From assembly GCA_964035545.1 (NCBI GenBank), contig OZ037766.1, forward strand, positions 22,184,767 to 22,248,766: DNA of 64,000 nucleotides, in the 5' to 3' direction. Position numbers and translations under genes: made by a program. Positions 47,859-61,088 of the stretch are shown here, piece after piece. Under the pieces are notes generated by a model, which worked only from the letters and a program-made list of their open reading frames with translations, had not been told where the DNA came from and did no database searches. Each line of letters begins with the position of its first letter. Positions within the stretch are counted from its first letter, which is position 1. Source of the stretch: Bugula neritina (taxonomy: Eukaryota; Animalia; Bryozoa).

Positions 47859-50800
47859 ATGTATGTGTTTATGAACAGAGAGAAAAAGGCAGAAATTCTT
47901 GCTGAAGCTAAGATGTCTTTACACCAACGGCAAGTGCAGATGAGAAAATCCAGGAGCAGATCAGCTGCTCTGTACAAGCGAACTGACCTAATAGAACACA
48001 TCGCCAAAGATGAAAAGAATAAAGGAAACAAATACAGTTACCTAGACTTCGTTGATCAGGTAAGTTCCCAAGCAGTTTAGCTGGATAGTCAAATATTCTA
48101 GCAAAAACATTTAGAAGATTGGTAAAACAGATCTGATAAGCTATATATGCTGATTAGTACTTGACACAGTGGGAGTCTACTTTATCATTACAATATCTTC
48201 AAGAGTCACTCTCGAGGAACTGTTTTAAGAACTTAGCAATGAATCAGTTATTTACTATACAAATAGCATTAATTTATGAGCAGTTAATTTTGTTATTCAT
48301 TTTCCTGGTAGTTCTTCAAAGCAAAACTTCATGTTGAAATCGTGATTCAATAGACCATTTGGGCTAAAAATCTGGAATATATTATATAGCTACTGGATAA
48401 TCAAACCGCATTATAAATTTTGTCATCTATGCCTTAAGGGGTTAAGAAATTAATAATTCGATGAGAAATACTTGTCTATAAAATGCTATGTTAATAATGC
48501 ACTTTATATGTCTAAGCACTTTGACCAGAATTTCAATATCTAAGCGCTAAGCAACAAATGGCTGATTGCAATTTGATAATTAAAATTATCGACATAAATT
48601 AAAAGACAAGATAGGTTTTTCAGTAAATTTTACCTATTTGACTACAATACAATATATATTAATGTAGATCTCCTTGAAATGTTTCACATTGTTAGATTAT
48701 TTTTAAAGGTTTAGCGTTTGTTTTAATTTTATCTTGACCTTAGAGCTTGTTAGCTTAACTTTTTGACATTCCATAATAAAAATACCTGTTGGAACTTTAA
48801 CATTATATAACACCATAGAATTGTACGTTTGCACATCATTTACTACTAAGTTTCTAGCACATCATTGTTATCGAAAAGTGTTCGTTTTATAGTTTCAAAC
48901 TGCTTTCAACTTTTTAGATTTCTATTAGGGTTTATAATTTTAGGAGAATTTTTATTTAAGTATATTGTATATTATTGCTTTTATCCAATCTCCCTCCGCC
49001 TGTTCATTAGTTCCTTTATCTCTTTCTGGATCATATGTACCATTTCCAACTCTTGTATAATAGCTTATACAGACTTTATTTTAAATGCAGCCTTGAAAGT
49101 GGTTTGCTTCTCTCTTTTCGATTACATTTGTTAGGATTTCATCCAACCTTTTAAAAACTTTAATTTAATTAATTTAAAAATTTAAAGTCTTATCCTTCAA
49201 GTCATTCATAAAGCAAGTTTCCTAGTTATGTTTCTTCTCAACATAATTCACTGCTTCTGATGTTATACCCTGCATAGTCTGCATTGCAGTTTGTATGCCT
49301 GCATCTGAATACCAGTCTATATTTCAGTCTATAGTTATTTCACTATGCTAACTACATTAGAACATAATGTTAGAACAGATGTAATATGATATAAATCTTG
49401 TAAGAGTTGAGTGACCGTTTTTCACACATTCTTAAGTCTTGAAATAAGTTAAGTCAACAAGTTAAGTGTACTTAGCTGTCTAAAAACACGAAATCACATT
49501 TTTATTTTTGTGTAAATGTGATAATCATTAATTTCAATTGTCTCTAAGATATTATTTAAATATTTGCAGTTAGGATTTGCTCCTCTACATAAAGCCGTGG
49601 TTATGAAGCAGTATAGCAATCTTCAGCAGCTTATTAGCAAAGGTGTTGATGTTAACAAAAAGACTTGGGTGAGAAAATTGATTATGTATTTCAATATGTT
49701 TGTATCATTTGGTCAGCAGCAGTGGCCTAGTGGTTAGAGTACTGAGTTTGTAAACACGAGGCCAATGGTTCGAATCCCGGTAAAGGCAACTAACATATTA
49801 GCCATAATTGCTCCTTTGCCTAAAATTTCTCGACATGAGACAACATGAATTGAGTTGATAAAAATACGCAAGTCAATACAACTTAACCTGAGTCAACTCA
49901 AGTAATTAATTTAGACTAGATTTGAAAGCGTTTGCCTCAGGTCACATGACTTGACCTGACTTGCTACAACTTCAACACAGCTCTGTTGATAACTCATATT
50001 AAATTAAATGAGCTGCTATATATACCTCAACAACAGTTCTTATAAGTGGATTTTCACGTTATTATGCTTATATAATACCTACACATATAATCTTTTATCA
50101 TCTGCTTAGAAGTTGTTGTAACATGTTTTAGCAACTATTTAAGGCTTCAAAGTCACCACGGTCAACTTAGGCCTACATATTATCTAATTAGAGCTTAAAT
50201 ACATATAGTATGTGAAATAAAACTGCATGCTGAAGTTTCTACCAAAAGATGAATTTGTCTAAGCTTCATATAAAATAACTAATTATTTACACAGTGTGAA
50301 TGACAGTAGCCTACACCCTGAAACTGTAAATATGATACAGTAAAGACAAATTTTTTATTCTCACCTATTACAAAACATAGGGATTTGTCTTTCCACAACT
50401 TTGATTTTCAAATTCATGAAAATTTATTGCAAAAGCAATAAACTAATCACTTGTGAACATGAAATAACAAACTCAGCCACTCTTAGCTGCTTCTGGCATT
50501 CATAGCGGACTACCAGAATGAAAACTAGTTGTTGATGAAAGCTTCTCAAGTATTTTTATATAATGTAATCCTGTCTTAATATTTGGTAAGCCATGAAGTT
50601 TATGTTCATCTTGTAGAATGGCATGACAGCACTACTGTTAGCCAGTAGGCATGGAGATGTTAGTGCAGTTCAGATACTACTAGCCTCAGATAGCTGTGAA
50701 ATTAATGATCAAGATAAGGTGAACACTACTCTGTTTCTAAATAAATTTATGTGTAGTGAATTTTGGTAGAGTAGATAACTCTGTGTTATGAAATATCAAA

Positions 50801-53800
50801 ACTATATTAATTACAGCGCTCCCTCCATACCTCACTAAGTTACTGCTCCCGAAACCTCAATCCGTGACATAGTAGAATACCAGAGTTAACTCAGTTTAAT
50901 TTGGCTGTTTTGTTCCTATGCACACATGCATAAGCCACAAACAAGGGTCCAAGCCCTCCTCAAAACTTATGGAATTTTGTGAGAAAGGGAACTGTGAGAT
51001 ACAGAGGGAGCACTGTATTTGAACAAGTGCTTGAGAGGAAAAACTGAGTGACCTAGTATAATGGTTTTAAAAAACAAATAATATGAAGACTGGAATCATC
51101 ACAATAGCCGTAAAAGATTTTCACCTCAACACTCAACTCAGCACTAAAATAACTTGCTTCATAGCTTCTTACACTGTGCACGGACATATTCATAACGTAA
51201 AATACATAATTTAGGAGCAATTTATATGAAATACGGAGCTATTAACAAAGGTACCATGCGTCATTGTTTATAGGACCCTAATTGGACTTTATTTTACATT
51301 ATTTAACTTGAAAAAAAAATTATTGCACTCCTTCTATATTAAGGTTTTTTTAGTTTGTCTAGTTCTAAGATATAGTTCCTATAAGTTACAGATCTGAGTA
51401 ATAGTTCTAAGTTATAGTTACAGTAAGTTTATGGCATGTTTTGTTACGCAGACTGGATGGACGGCATTGCATCACTGTGCTGTAAATAACCATCTGCTAA
51501 TAGCTGAGATGTTGCTAATAGCTGGAGCTGATCCACATATAACTTGTTATGTGAGTTCCATATAAATACATGCTAAAAATGTAGAACATCATGTCTCTTA
51601 GGCTACTGATACATGCTTCCAAAATATGGATATAATTCTCTGTCAGATCCCAATAGACTTTAAACTACTGCGTAATGTTTTATCATGACCGTCAATTCTA
51701 AACTTTACAGTATTTTTATTATAATGATTTCAGTTTTACTATTTATTCGGATACACAACCAGTCATGCCATATTAATTGACCTTGACATTGCAACATTTT
51801 TATTTCAAGGAAAATTCTACACCGAGTGATGTAGCACCAGTATGGGATATGAAAAATCTTTTAACAAACTTTCTCAAGAAAGAGGCTAATCCACACTATT
51901 TTATCAATAGGTGGGCAAACGTTATTAAGCTAACCATAGTTTTATGTTTATCGCTAAACTTTAAAATAAAGAGATTTTTTCTCGTGATAAAAAAACAGAT
52001 GCATTCCGCATATACTTATGCACTTTTTATAAAATGTCTTTGGTGAGAATTCAAGCTACATTACTTAATGATTTGACTACTTTTAGTGGTATGACTAAGA
52101 AATGTCTAGTCGTACCAAAACGAGGCTGTGTGCTGAAATCCAGTGAGTTAGGTTTGGGCATGGAAGTTGGAAAATCTGCCACGGATGGCAATGTATTCTT
52201 TATATGCAACAGAATATCTGCTACATGCTCCAGTGTTGACCTTGGTAGGTTATGAGTTTAAACTATTGTTATAATATGACATGATTATAATTTATAAATT
52301 GCTCACGAACTTAGCAGTGCATTATTTAGTTTTGACTTTAAAATAATAACAATTACTGCTAAAATACTAGTAGTAACATAGCAAGTTGTTGTTTAACCTT
52401 CTACACTTGTTTCTATTTGTTTATTTTTAGAAATTTTTTTTCAGAAGTAAAACATTTTAAAGCAAAAGCTTTTTCACTAAATTTTGTGTAAACTATGCAG
52501 CATTTTCTATGTAAGCTTAGCCAATGAGCAGACAATAGTTTCACAGCAGTTAAGTTGATAGTCACAGATGTTACTTATTTCAGGACAAAGTGAAGTACTA
52601 ATCAGTGATGTGTATGAGTTTTGGCCTCAAACTACCAGATTTGAAATGCCTATAAGTCTTCAAATCGACTGTCTTCCTGTGAACGAAGGTGAGGAAGTTA
52701 TACTCAAAATAAATGGAGCCACTGAGATTCCAGTGTTCAGAGAGAAACAGCCTTTTGTGGTCACTAATAAAAGGAAGACCATATCTAGATATCCCAAAGA
52801 CAACTCGAATCAAGGAGCAGTAAGTAAAGCTGCTGTTATGTAGTCTGCAAGTTTTTCTATATATTCTACATATGGCTTCTATATATTATATATTTATATT
52901 ATTTATATACTCTACATGTAAATAATCAATATTCTATAAACCCTTTTATATTCTATGTGTGTCTTCTATATCAGGGGTGGGCAACTTCTTTTGCATGAGG
53001 GCCAAGTTCAGATGTCAACCAAAACGAAGAGCCACATGATTGTACACATATTAAAGTTTATCATATTAAAGTAATTTGTCACCAAATCTACACTGTATAA
53101 CAATTTTTGCTCATCTCAAGTATTAAAAGGGCCACTGAAAAATGGGCAAAGGGCCACAGGTGGCCCTCAGTTGCCCACCCCTGTTCTATATATTCTACAT
53201 ATATTCTCTATATATAATTTTTATATAACGTGCATATATCTCTTATAATTGCAGTACATAATTTGATATAAATGCTATATATAATATATAGTCTATACTC
53301 TATAGTCTATATAGTACTTGCAGTTTGTTTCCATAACATTTGCCTACAGTCTCTCTAGTTTTCTGTCCTTTAACACCAGAGTTATGTCACAGGAGAGGAA
53401 GCAGAAGTTTCTGGTCACAGAGCTGGGCAGACTATACGTCGTCTCGAGACTACACAAGGATACTCACAAAGTGCCACTTATAGGAACCTACATACAGCAT
53501 TCGGAGTTGCCCCAACTTTCCATTACAGTTCCTAAGAATGGAATCAGCTCCCCGGCTACAATATCTTTCCAGGTGAAAAGATCAACTCCATTTTAAACTC
53601 TATTGCAAGTTATTTTTATACAACAACTTTTACAAGCATGAGAAAATTTTACATTGACATGTCACAGGATTTTATTGCAGATGCAAATGCTAAGTGAAAC
53701 TATTACAAACATAAAAGTAACTTGTCATTGTAAGTTTAAGCAGTAACCACTTTAACCATAAACAGTGTACACATGGTATAAGACAGCTTTAATATTTCTA

Positions 53801-54761
53801 TCATGCACTTAAACAACCTTTTAGGTATATCCCGTAGCCAATGATCTCATATCCCAGATGCAAAAGCAGTACCCTTGCATACTGAGCATGGGCCCGGTGT
53901 GTGAGATAACCCATACTGATACAGAACCTCTAACTAGACGACTAGTCAACATGACTATCCCTCTTCCGGAAGACTACAAGCCCAGGAAGACTGAGGGTAA
54001 ACTGGTTATAGTGTCTGGGACAGGTGATGGAGAGCCCGTAGAAGTCATAGAAAAGATGCATATTTCTGAAGCAGGTGCAGAATTTTTGACCCGTCTGTTA
54101 ACATGGTAGGTGCTTAAGTCATGCATCTTTACTATTGAGAAATTACTCTATGAAAGCTCAGAATATATTTATTGATTTAAATAACTAAACTTTGTGTAAC
54201 TTGAAAATAGTAATAAACTAACCAATAAGTTGTATACATATTTATTTATAAAATAGTTTACTGATAATTATGAAGTTTAAATGGTGAGTTTTCTTTCTAG
54301 CAGGTTCTTGCTATTTCAGGAAAGCTGCTGTGACAGTCAGCTCTATCGACACACAGATCTTGAGCGATGTATGTGAGTCAATGAGGAAGTACACAAGAAA
54401 GAGGATGCACTTTGTGAAACATTTAGTCATGTTCAAACCTGGTGCCTATGACCATACATTTGAAATAGCCCTAGTGGTGGTGACCACAGGTAACGAAGTA
54501 TCATTGAGGAATGAATGGATTAGCAGTGGTTATATTCAAGGAAGATGCATTCAAGACTTGGGTCAGCAGATGATGTGTGAGGGAGAGAGGACGACTCTCA
54601 CTATACTTGGAAATCCTGTAATAGATGTTCCTGTAGCCTTCTTTAGCAAACAAGTTAGCAGTCGTGTTATCCAACTTAGTCGCTCACCTAATCAAATAGT
54701 CCGATTCCAGGTCACCGACCAACAAGGTCAACGACTAGGTGAGGGTGAAATATGCATGTGA
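47859..54761 (+). CDS. Ankyrin-repeat plus ZU5-ZU5-UPA-like protein (PIDD1/DTHD1-related, no death domain seen)
   Basis: Exons 47859-48059, 49570-49668, 50617-50718, 51452-51550, 51810-51910, 52087-52244, 52584-52819, 53393 (or 53324)-53572, 53825-54105, 54320-54761. Three one-repeat ankyrin exons (GFAPLHKAV, GMTALLLAS, GWTALHHCA). ZU5-like VPKRGCVLKSS...EVLISDVYEF and LYVVSR...VPLIGTYIQHSELPQLSITVPKNGISSPATISFQV...GPVCEI...VNMTIPLP. Confidence 0.78.
49715..49820 (+). mobile_element. tRNA-derived SINE, copy C (internally deleted/3' truncated)
   Basis: A box TGGCCTAGTGGTTAG, B box GGTTCGAATCC, then AGCCATAATTGCTCCTTTGCC matching the family body. Confidence 0.8.
50814..51015. mobile_element. 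Tc1/mariner(pogo)-type MITE
   Basis: Imperfect TIRs CAGCGCTCCCTCCATACCTCAC ... GTGAGATACAGAGGGAGCACTG, flanked by TA on both sides. Confidence 0.75.
52972..53183. mobile_element. hAT-type MITE
   Basis: Perfect 14-bp TIRs CAGGGGTGGGCAAC / GTTGCCCACCCCTG, 8-bp TSD TTCTATAT (52964-52971 / 53184-53191) and subterminal GGGCC repeats. Confidence 0.92.
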
Positions 54762-55221
54762 CAGTTGGCTTTATCATTAGATATCATTTAGGTTAACTTA
54801 CTTTAGCTTAGCTTAGGATACAAGAAATAATGCCTATGTAAATAAGAAAAATATGTTTGGCTTTGGCATTTCATTTACTATAATATTTAAAAAAAAACAT
54901 TTTATTACTAGTCGAAAATATTTTAAAATATGTTTCCCCATTTTTTATCAAGTTATTGATTTTCAAAGATACAATTTTTCTAAAAATATTTTGTCAAAAA
55001 AATAATTAAATATTTATTGCTCCTTTATTGTAAAGTTGGAAAGTCAAAGTATAAATTTTCAACAACTTAATTTTTTCTTACAGTTTTTGAAGACAGAATT
55101 AAAATACATAAACTATATAATTATATTAATAGTTGCAGTTTTGATAAAGTAATATATAATTTCTTGTACATTTTATAGAACTGGTTTGCTATCACATATT
55201 ATGTTACCTATGGCTTTGTAA

Positions 55222-58200
55222 TTATTTAGAGAAATCTATTTTCCGACCAGCAACATAAATCTCTGCTATGTTTCTGTCATCTCCGCAATGCAAGAACCTC
55301 TGTAAACGCTCACTTGCAGTGTTATCTCCAAAGAGGTCAAATGGGCTGTTGTCAGCCAATACATTGACCACTAGAGCATCAAACTCTTTGCCAACCTCAA
55401 AATTTCCTGAAATTAAAATTACATCTGTTAAGCATAATTTTTTCATGAACTGATTACTTAAAAGCACTAATTAAACATGTTGAACTAGTTCTAGGTGCAG
55501 ATGTGAGCCCGCATGCATGTTCACTCAAATATTGGTCTGAATGACTGCAGCATAATTTAGTATTAAAAATTGGTTGTTTATGAGTTTCAACAAGTATTAT
55601 TTAACTTAAATTTGCCAAACTTTTAAACAAAATTCAGACATTTACATCTAATAGGTTAGTGAGTAGTGTTGTAAGTAAAAGTTAAAACCTCAAGTTTAGT
55701 AAGCTAGATATAATTGTTCAATAGAAATATGTTAGCCTCTTTAATAAAACATATTCTCTTTTCTACAAATTTTGTATTAGAGCTAAATACTAAATTGAAC
55801 TTCAAACTCAAAACCTGTAAAGTCTAAAAGCTCAACCTTAGAGCCAAAAGGCTGAAACCATGGATTTATAAAAACACTATAATATGCATTTGTATTAAAC
55901 AGAAAGGTTTTAGAACTATCCCTCTCACCAAAACCATATTCACATAAAGCTTTCGTAACGCTTCTTTCTAAAATAATACATTTGCATTTAATTTAATTTT
56001 TATTATTTTGAATGCCTCTGTTTGTTTTACTTGAAAATTTATAAAAATATCATTATGAACAAAGTTGAATCTTTATTTCAGGTGCACTGCTCTAATTGCG
56101 TACAATTCTACATATCTTAAAAAGTATACATTACCTATTTTAGGGAGCAGCTGTGGCCTAGGGGTTAGAGCGTTTGCTTAGTAAACACGAGGTCATGGGT
56201 TCGAACCCCAGCAAAAGCCATTGGTGGTGTTAGGAAGAGCATCCAGTCATAGTTGCTCCTGTGCCTCATCTGATTAAAGTCCTTAGCCCGATTTAACAAA
56301 AAACCCTTTTTTTTATCAGCGTTTTCTCACAGGGATGGCGACTATAAACTTGCAAGAATTTTATTTATTTATTACCTATTTTATCATCCAAATGTAGAAC
56401 TTTAGCCCCGCCCAGTGTAGCCAGATAGAAAGCTTCCTTGTAGTCAATGCAATCAGAGAGAGAGTCATGGAAATGCACATGTCTGGATACAGCAATAGCC
56501 TCTCTTAAGCTGTTCAATATAGAGCAACTGTACCCACCTGACACATCAGTTCCTAAAAATAGAATAGAACTTACAACTGAGTAGGAGTTGTGCTCCCTGT
56601 ATGTAGAGAAGATACTGGTTTACTAGGTAACTAATCTGGCATGATAAGATAAACAAATTGTTTGCCTTCGAAATAAATTTAATAGCCTGAAGCCCATTCT
56701 ATTCAGGAAATAGCAACTTTGCCAATGATTATAAACTTATATATAAACATTGATATTTATGTTAAGTAGAGACTATAAGCTTGTCCCAGGAGTAGACAAC
56801 ACCCACTTTTGTTATACGCAGTATTACACTAATTCACATTATGTTGTTATAGAACTTCTTTTCTGCTTTAATACAACATATTTATCTATGATATCAATTA
56901 CTAAAACCACATAAAAAATCAACAGATTACAAAACCGAGTGCTAATTTCTCTTTAGCTCTAGAACTTTGAGAAACATTGCATTCCTAGTGGGAGGGGGCA
57001 ATAAATTCAATCTAGTATATCCTGAATCCTCAGCCTATGTGTTAAAAAATCTTATTGAATATGTTGTTAATATGCTACTTTCTACAATATAACTATATTA
57101 ATATGATATAGTTTAGTTATGTAAATGAATATGTAAATTAAACTTATGTGAATAGCTGTAGAGGTTTTGGTTTTTTGCTACCTAGATCCAACTCACCAGT
57201 TGAAAACACAACTCCAACTAGCTATAGGATCTGCTAGGTACATTATTATAAGAGTAGAAAAATGAGTTTCTAGTACAAAGTACATCAGTAGAATACAGAC
57301 TATAAAGAACTACTAAGAAACTTGAGACTCTATTTACATCTAGAAGAATGGCAGATGTGACACATTATGTAAACAACTCAGGTTTACTTACAAGCATTTC
57401 ATTGTACTGTATGCACGTAAAATAATTATATAATTGCACTTACACTTGTATACTAAACAAAGTATAACATAAAAATAGAGACATTTATAACGAGTTGAAT
57501 TACTGCAATTATAAACATTTAAATAAGTTGAGCGTATAATTTAAAATTTTGCAACTTCTGTTCTGTGTACAGAGCTAATAGCTGACTAGTGCATAACTAA
57601 GCCTCATCAGAGTTGACATACTAAAGTGAACCTGAAATACAATCTTACCTAGTCCTAGTTTGACACCTTTTGACAGAACTTTTCTAGAGTTCATCTGCCC
57701 ACTAGTTAGGGAAGTGTTGCTATTTGGGCAATGAGCTATCCCGGCCCCATATTTCTTCATGACGTCTAATTCTTGGTCATTAGAAAACACACAATGAGCA
57801 AGGATTGTCTTCTCCGTCATCAACCCGGCTTGTTCATACACATCCACATACTCGGGCACTTTGAATATACCCTTCACCAAAGCTATTTCTCCTTCATTCT
57901 CACTGATGTGTGTCTGTATAGGAGTATTAAATTCTTTGGCCAACTGTGCCAATCCGTTCATGAGCTCTTTGGAGCAGGAGGCAGCAAACCGAGGTGTTAC
58001 ACATGGTTCCACAATGCCTGTGGCTCCGTATTCTTTACGCATGCTTTCAATAAACTGGCGAGTAGAAGAAAGCGAGTCTTTGGTCGTCTCAACATAATTG
58101 TCTGGACTATTCATGTCCATGCACACCTTTCCAACATAGCCTCTCTGTCCATAGCCATTCATGATTTTAGCAAGTAACAAGGACGCATCTAGATGTATAG

Positions 58201-58636
58201 TAGCAAAATAAGAGGCAGTGGTAGTTCCATTTTGGAGGGTCCTCTTTACTATTTGATTATAAACTTTGGAGGCAAAGTCTAGATCATGGAACTTTGCTTC
58301 TGTAGGAAAAGTATATTTGTCCAACCATCCCAGCAGCGTTAAGTCATATCCAATGCCCATATTAACGTATTGTGGCGCATGAATATGTGTGTCTATGAAA
58401 CCAGGTATAATGAATTCCCCTGTCCGGAGAATTCGGAAATTCTCAATGGGAATGTTTAGATCCAAAATCAGTTGATGAGCTTCCTTCTTTTCTACTCCAG
58501 TTTGAAGAGCAACTATTTTTCTCTCTTTTATTGCAATCACTGTATTTTCTAGTACTACTACCGGCTGCTTAACGTCCACAGAGTGTATGATAGTCCCGTA
58601 GAAAGCAATACTTTGATTAACATCCATTCTTGACAT
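55222..58636 (-). CDS. GDA: Guanine deaminase (3 coding exons)
   Basis: Exons 58636-57649, 56552-56376, 55406-55222. Motifs PGFIDTHIHAPQY, WLDKYTFPTE, GTTTASYFATIH, TPRFA, QTHISEN, AHCPNSN, GLGTDVSGG, ATLGGA, GNFEVGKEFDA and GDDRNI. Confidence 0.96.
56142..56370 (+). mobile_element. tRNA-derived SINE, copy D (full length, (TTTA)n tail)
   Basis: A box TGGCCTAGGGGTTAG and B box GGTTCGAACCC. The 12-13 bp TSD ATTACCTATTTT(A) at 56130 and 56371 spans the GDA exon-2 donor. Confidence 0.93.
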
Positions 58637-59769
58637 CGGCTAGTAGTTGACTGTTTACACTCTACTATAGCTTAATTACCAATGCGGACGTGACCTTAGT
58701 GTTGGAGTTCAATACACGCATAACGGTAGATAGTATAAAATTCAGCCAATCAAAGGCGTGTATCAACCCTAATATCTAGCTGGGTTCAATATCCCCCATC
58801 CTAACTTTCGAATACATTGTAGTAGTTTTACAATGTACTGAAGAGCCTCTCATGATGTTTGGTGTATGAAAATCATCACAAGCCAAATTTGAGCTAAAAG
58901 GATAAATTATATTAGGCCTATGTGTTATGTAGCAGCAGCTGGTATTGAGGCAAAACCCTACCAGGGTTTGTTTGTGAATTGTAATTGTGATGGCAGTCTT
59001 CAAACATATAATTTATAAATTACAATAAATAAGCTAAAAACCCATACCTACATTTGAAATATAAAAAGTTACTGCATATAGCAAAAGTGGCATAACTATT
59101 TTTCAGACATTTGCATTTTGCAGTTAAACTTGCGTAATGTCATATAAATCATAATGCTGGGATACTAGAGTTGGTACACCATCTTTGATGGGCTGAATTC
59201 TACATGGTCTAACGTATTTTTATGATTAGTAGGATTTTTATGCAAAAGTCCAAACTAATATTTCATGCCAACCTATCTGATACGCCTCATTAAACACCAA
59301 AAGGAAATGTCATATTTTTCAAAACATCACCACTTTCCAGGAACTGTCCAGAACAAGCCTAACACACCACCCAGCATAAGTTCAGGGTCTAGTTAATACA
59401 TAGGTTTGAAGAGCATATATCGCTCTGAGTACCTAAAAAGGATAACTACCTCTATCACTATATTCCTCTGAATGCCTACAAGGGGTCAGCAAGTTTTTGC
59501 AGAAGCTTTTTCTAATTGTATTTTAGGTCTAGCATAAATTTATTAATCATAATTTCTCCAAAAGCATAATCTTACACTACATCTACAGTTGCCTCTATGA
59601 GAGTGAGTCTCTATGTAAATAAGCCCCTCACTATAGGCTGTAAGCACACTAATATACTGCTAGGAGCAGAAGTAGTTACTTAGCACTTGGGATGTTTACA
59701 GTTTTTAACAGTCATCAGCACTACAATTGAATTGATATGGCACTATATAACACATGGATGAAAAGTGAC

Positions 59770-59775
<6 letters not shown>

Positions 59776-59859
<84 letters not shown>
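59776..59859. repeat. (TA)n microsatellite
   Basis: Directly visible. Confidence 0.99.
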
Positions 59860-59864
<5 letters not shown>

Positions 59865-61088
59865 CATTGTAATAGATATAGTTATCACTTATCGTATAAA
59901 ATATATAATAAATCAAAAACATTCCAATTATGTTAATGGTTTCCGCTATGAAAGATCACTAGTTGAAGATATTGAAAATGCAGTATTATGTTTATATTAT
60001 AAACACAAACTATAACACATTTGAAAAAATTAACAATGCAGCTTTAGGAATAAAGGCTTTTGTAAAAGAACTGTCATTGGAACAGCCTAAAACTTGCGAA
60101 AGGGTGTCAAGTTCTAACCTGGGTGTTGTGAACATGGAGTACTCATAATCTACTATTTAGTAAGAGTATATGATAGCCTATGTCATATGACATATAATAT
60201 ACAATGCAAAGAATGGACTATGTCTGTCCTTGAAATGTACTCACTGACAATACTAAGTACTGTCAGGAATATTATTTTCCCTATCTTATCAACACCTTTA
60301 GGAAATAACTATCGTCATTGTTATATTGTGTTAGTGATGGAACAATGCTTGAATAGTAGTATTAAGCAGGCTGATAAGAGTGTGGCATCATCCTTATACA
60401 ATAGGGCACATGTTAGTAGCTTCTATTAAATATCGACAGTCAACTGTCTATATTATATTACGTCTGGACAGCATATACCATAATATTATTGGTGAATTTA
60501 TAATTCCATTTCATAATAATTCAATTTCAAGAGGATGCAATCAATTGGACTAATATCTTCGATTTTAAATGGTTTATAGATATAACGGCGTCTGTGATAT
60601 ACATCGTGTACCTTTTGAATTGTGGTCTGTGTGTGTCTTAAATATACCACTGCTTCCCTAGCAGCCACTTAGCTGTAAGCAAAAAACTTGGAGCCCAATT
60701 TACATTTCAACATGCTATGATCAACAAAACTCCATACAATATTGGTAAAACTGGTATGCTTTTATTATCAGTATCCTTAGTGTTAACAATGATCTTTATA
60801 AAATGTATTAATACTTTAAAATTAAATTCACCAAAAATAACTTGCCAGTCAACTAAGAACAGTAGCAGTAGATGCATTTATTTAAAAGATGTAGAAGCAT
60901 AGTTCATTATTAAATGAGAGAAAAAATAAACCATCACAAAAATTATAGCTGTAATAGTTATATAATTTATATAAAATATCTAGCAAAGCTACACACAACA
61001 TATTTGCATTGCATAATCAATAAAATGTTTATTTCCTGTTGAATGTTTGATAAAACTTCACACAGGACTACTGAGCAAGAAACATCCT

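Noticed and set aside
49715-49790. Apparent tRNA gene (also heads at 9373, 16935, 56142)
   Set aside because: A/B boxes continue into a shared SINE body, several copies have TSDs, and there is no good acceptor stem.
57773-58177. 134-aa and 78-aa plus-strand ORFs
   Set aside because: Antisense shadows of the GDA first exon.
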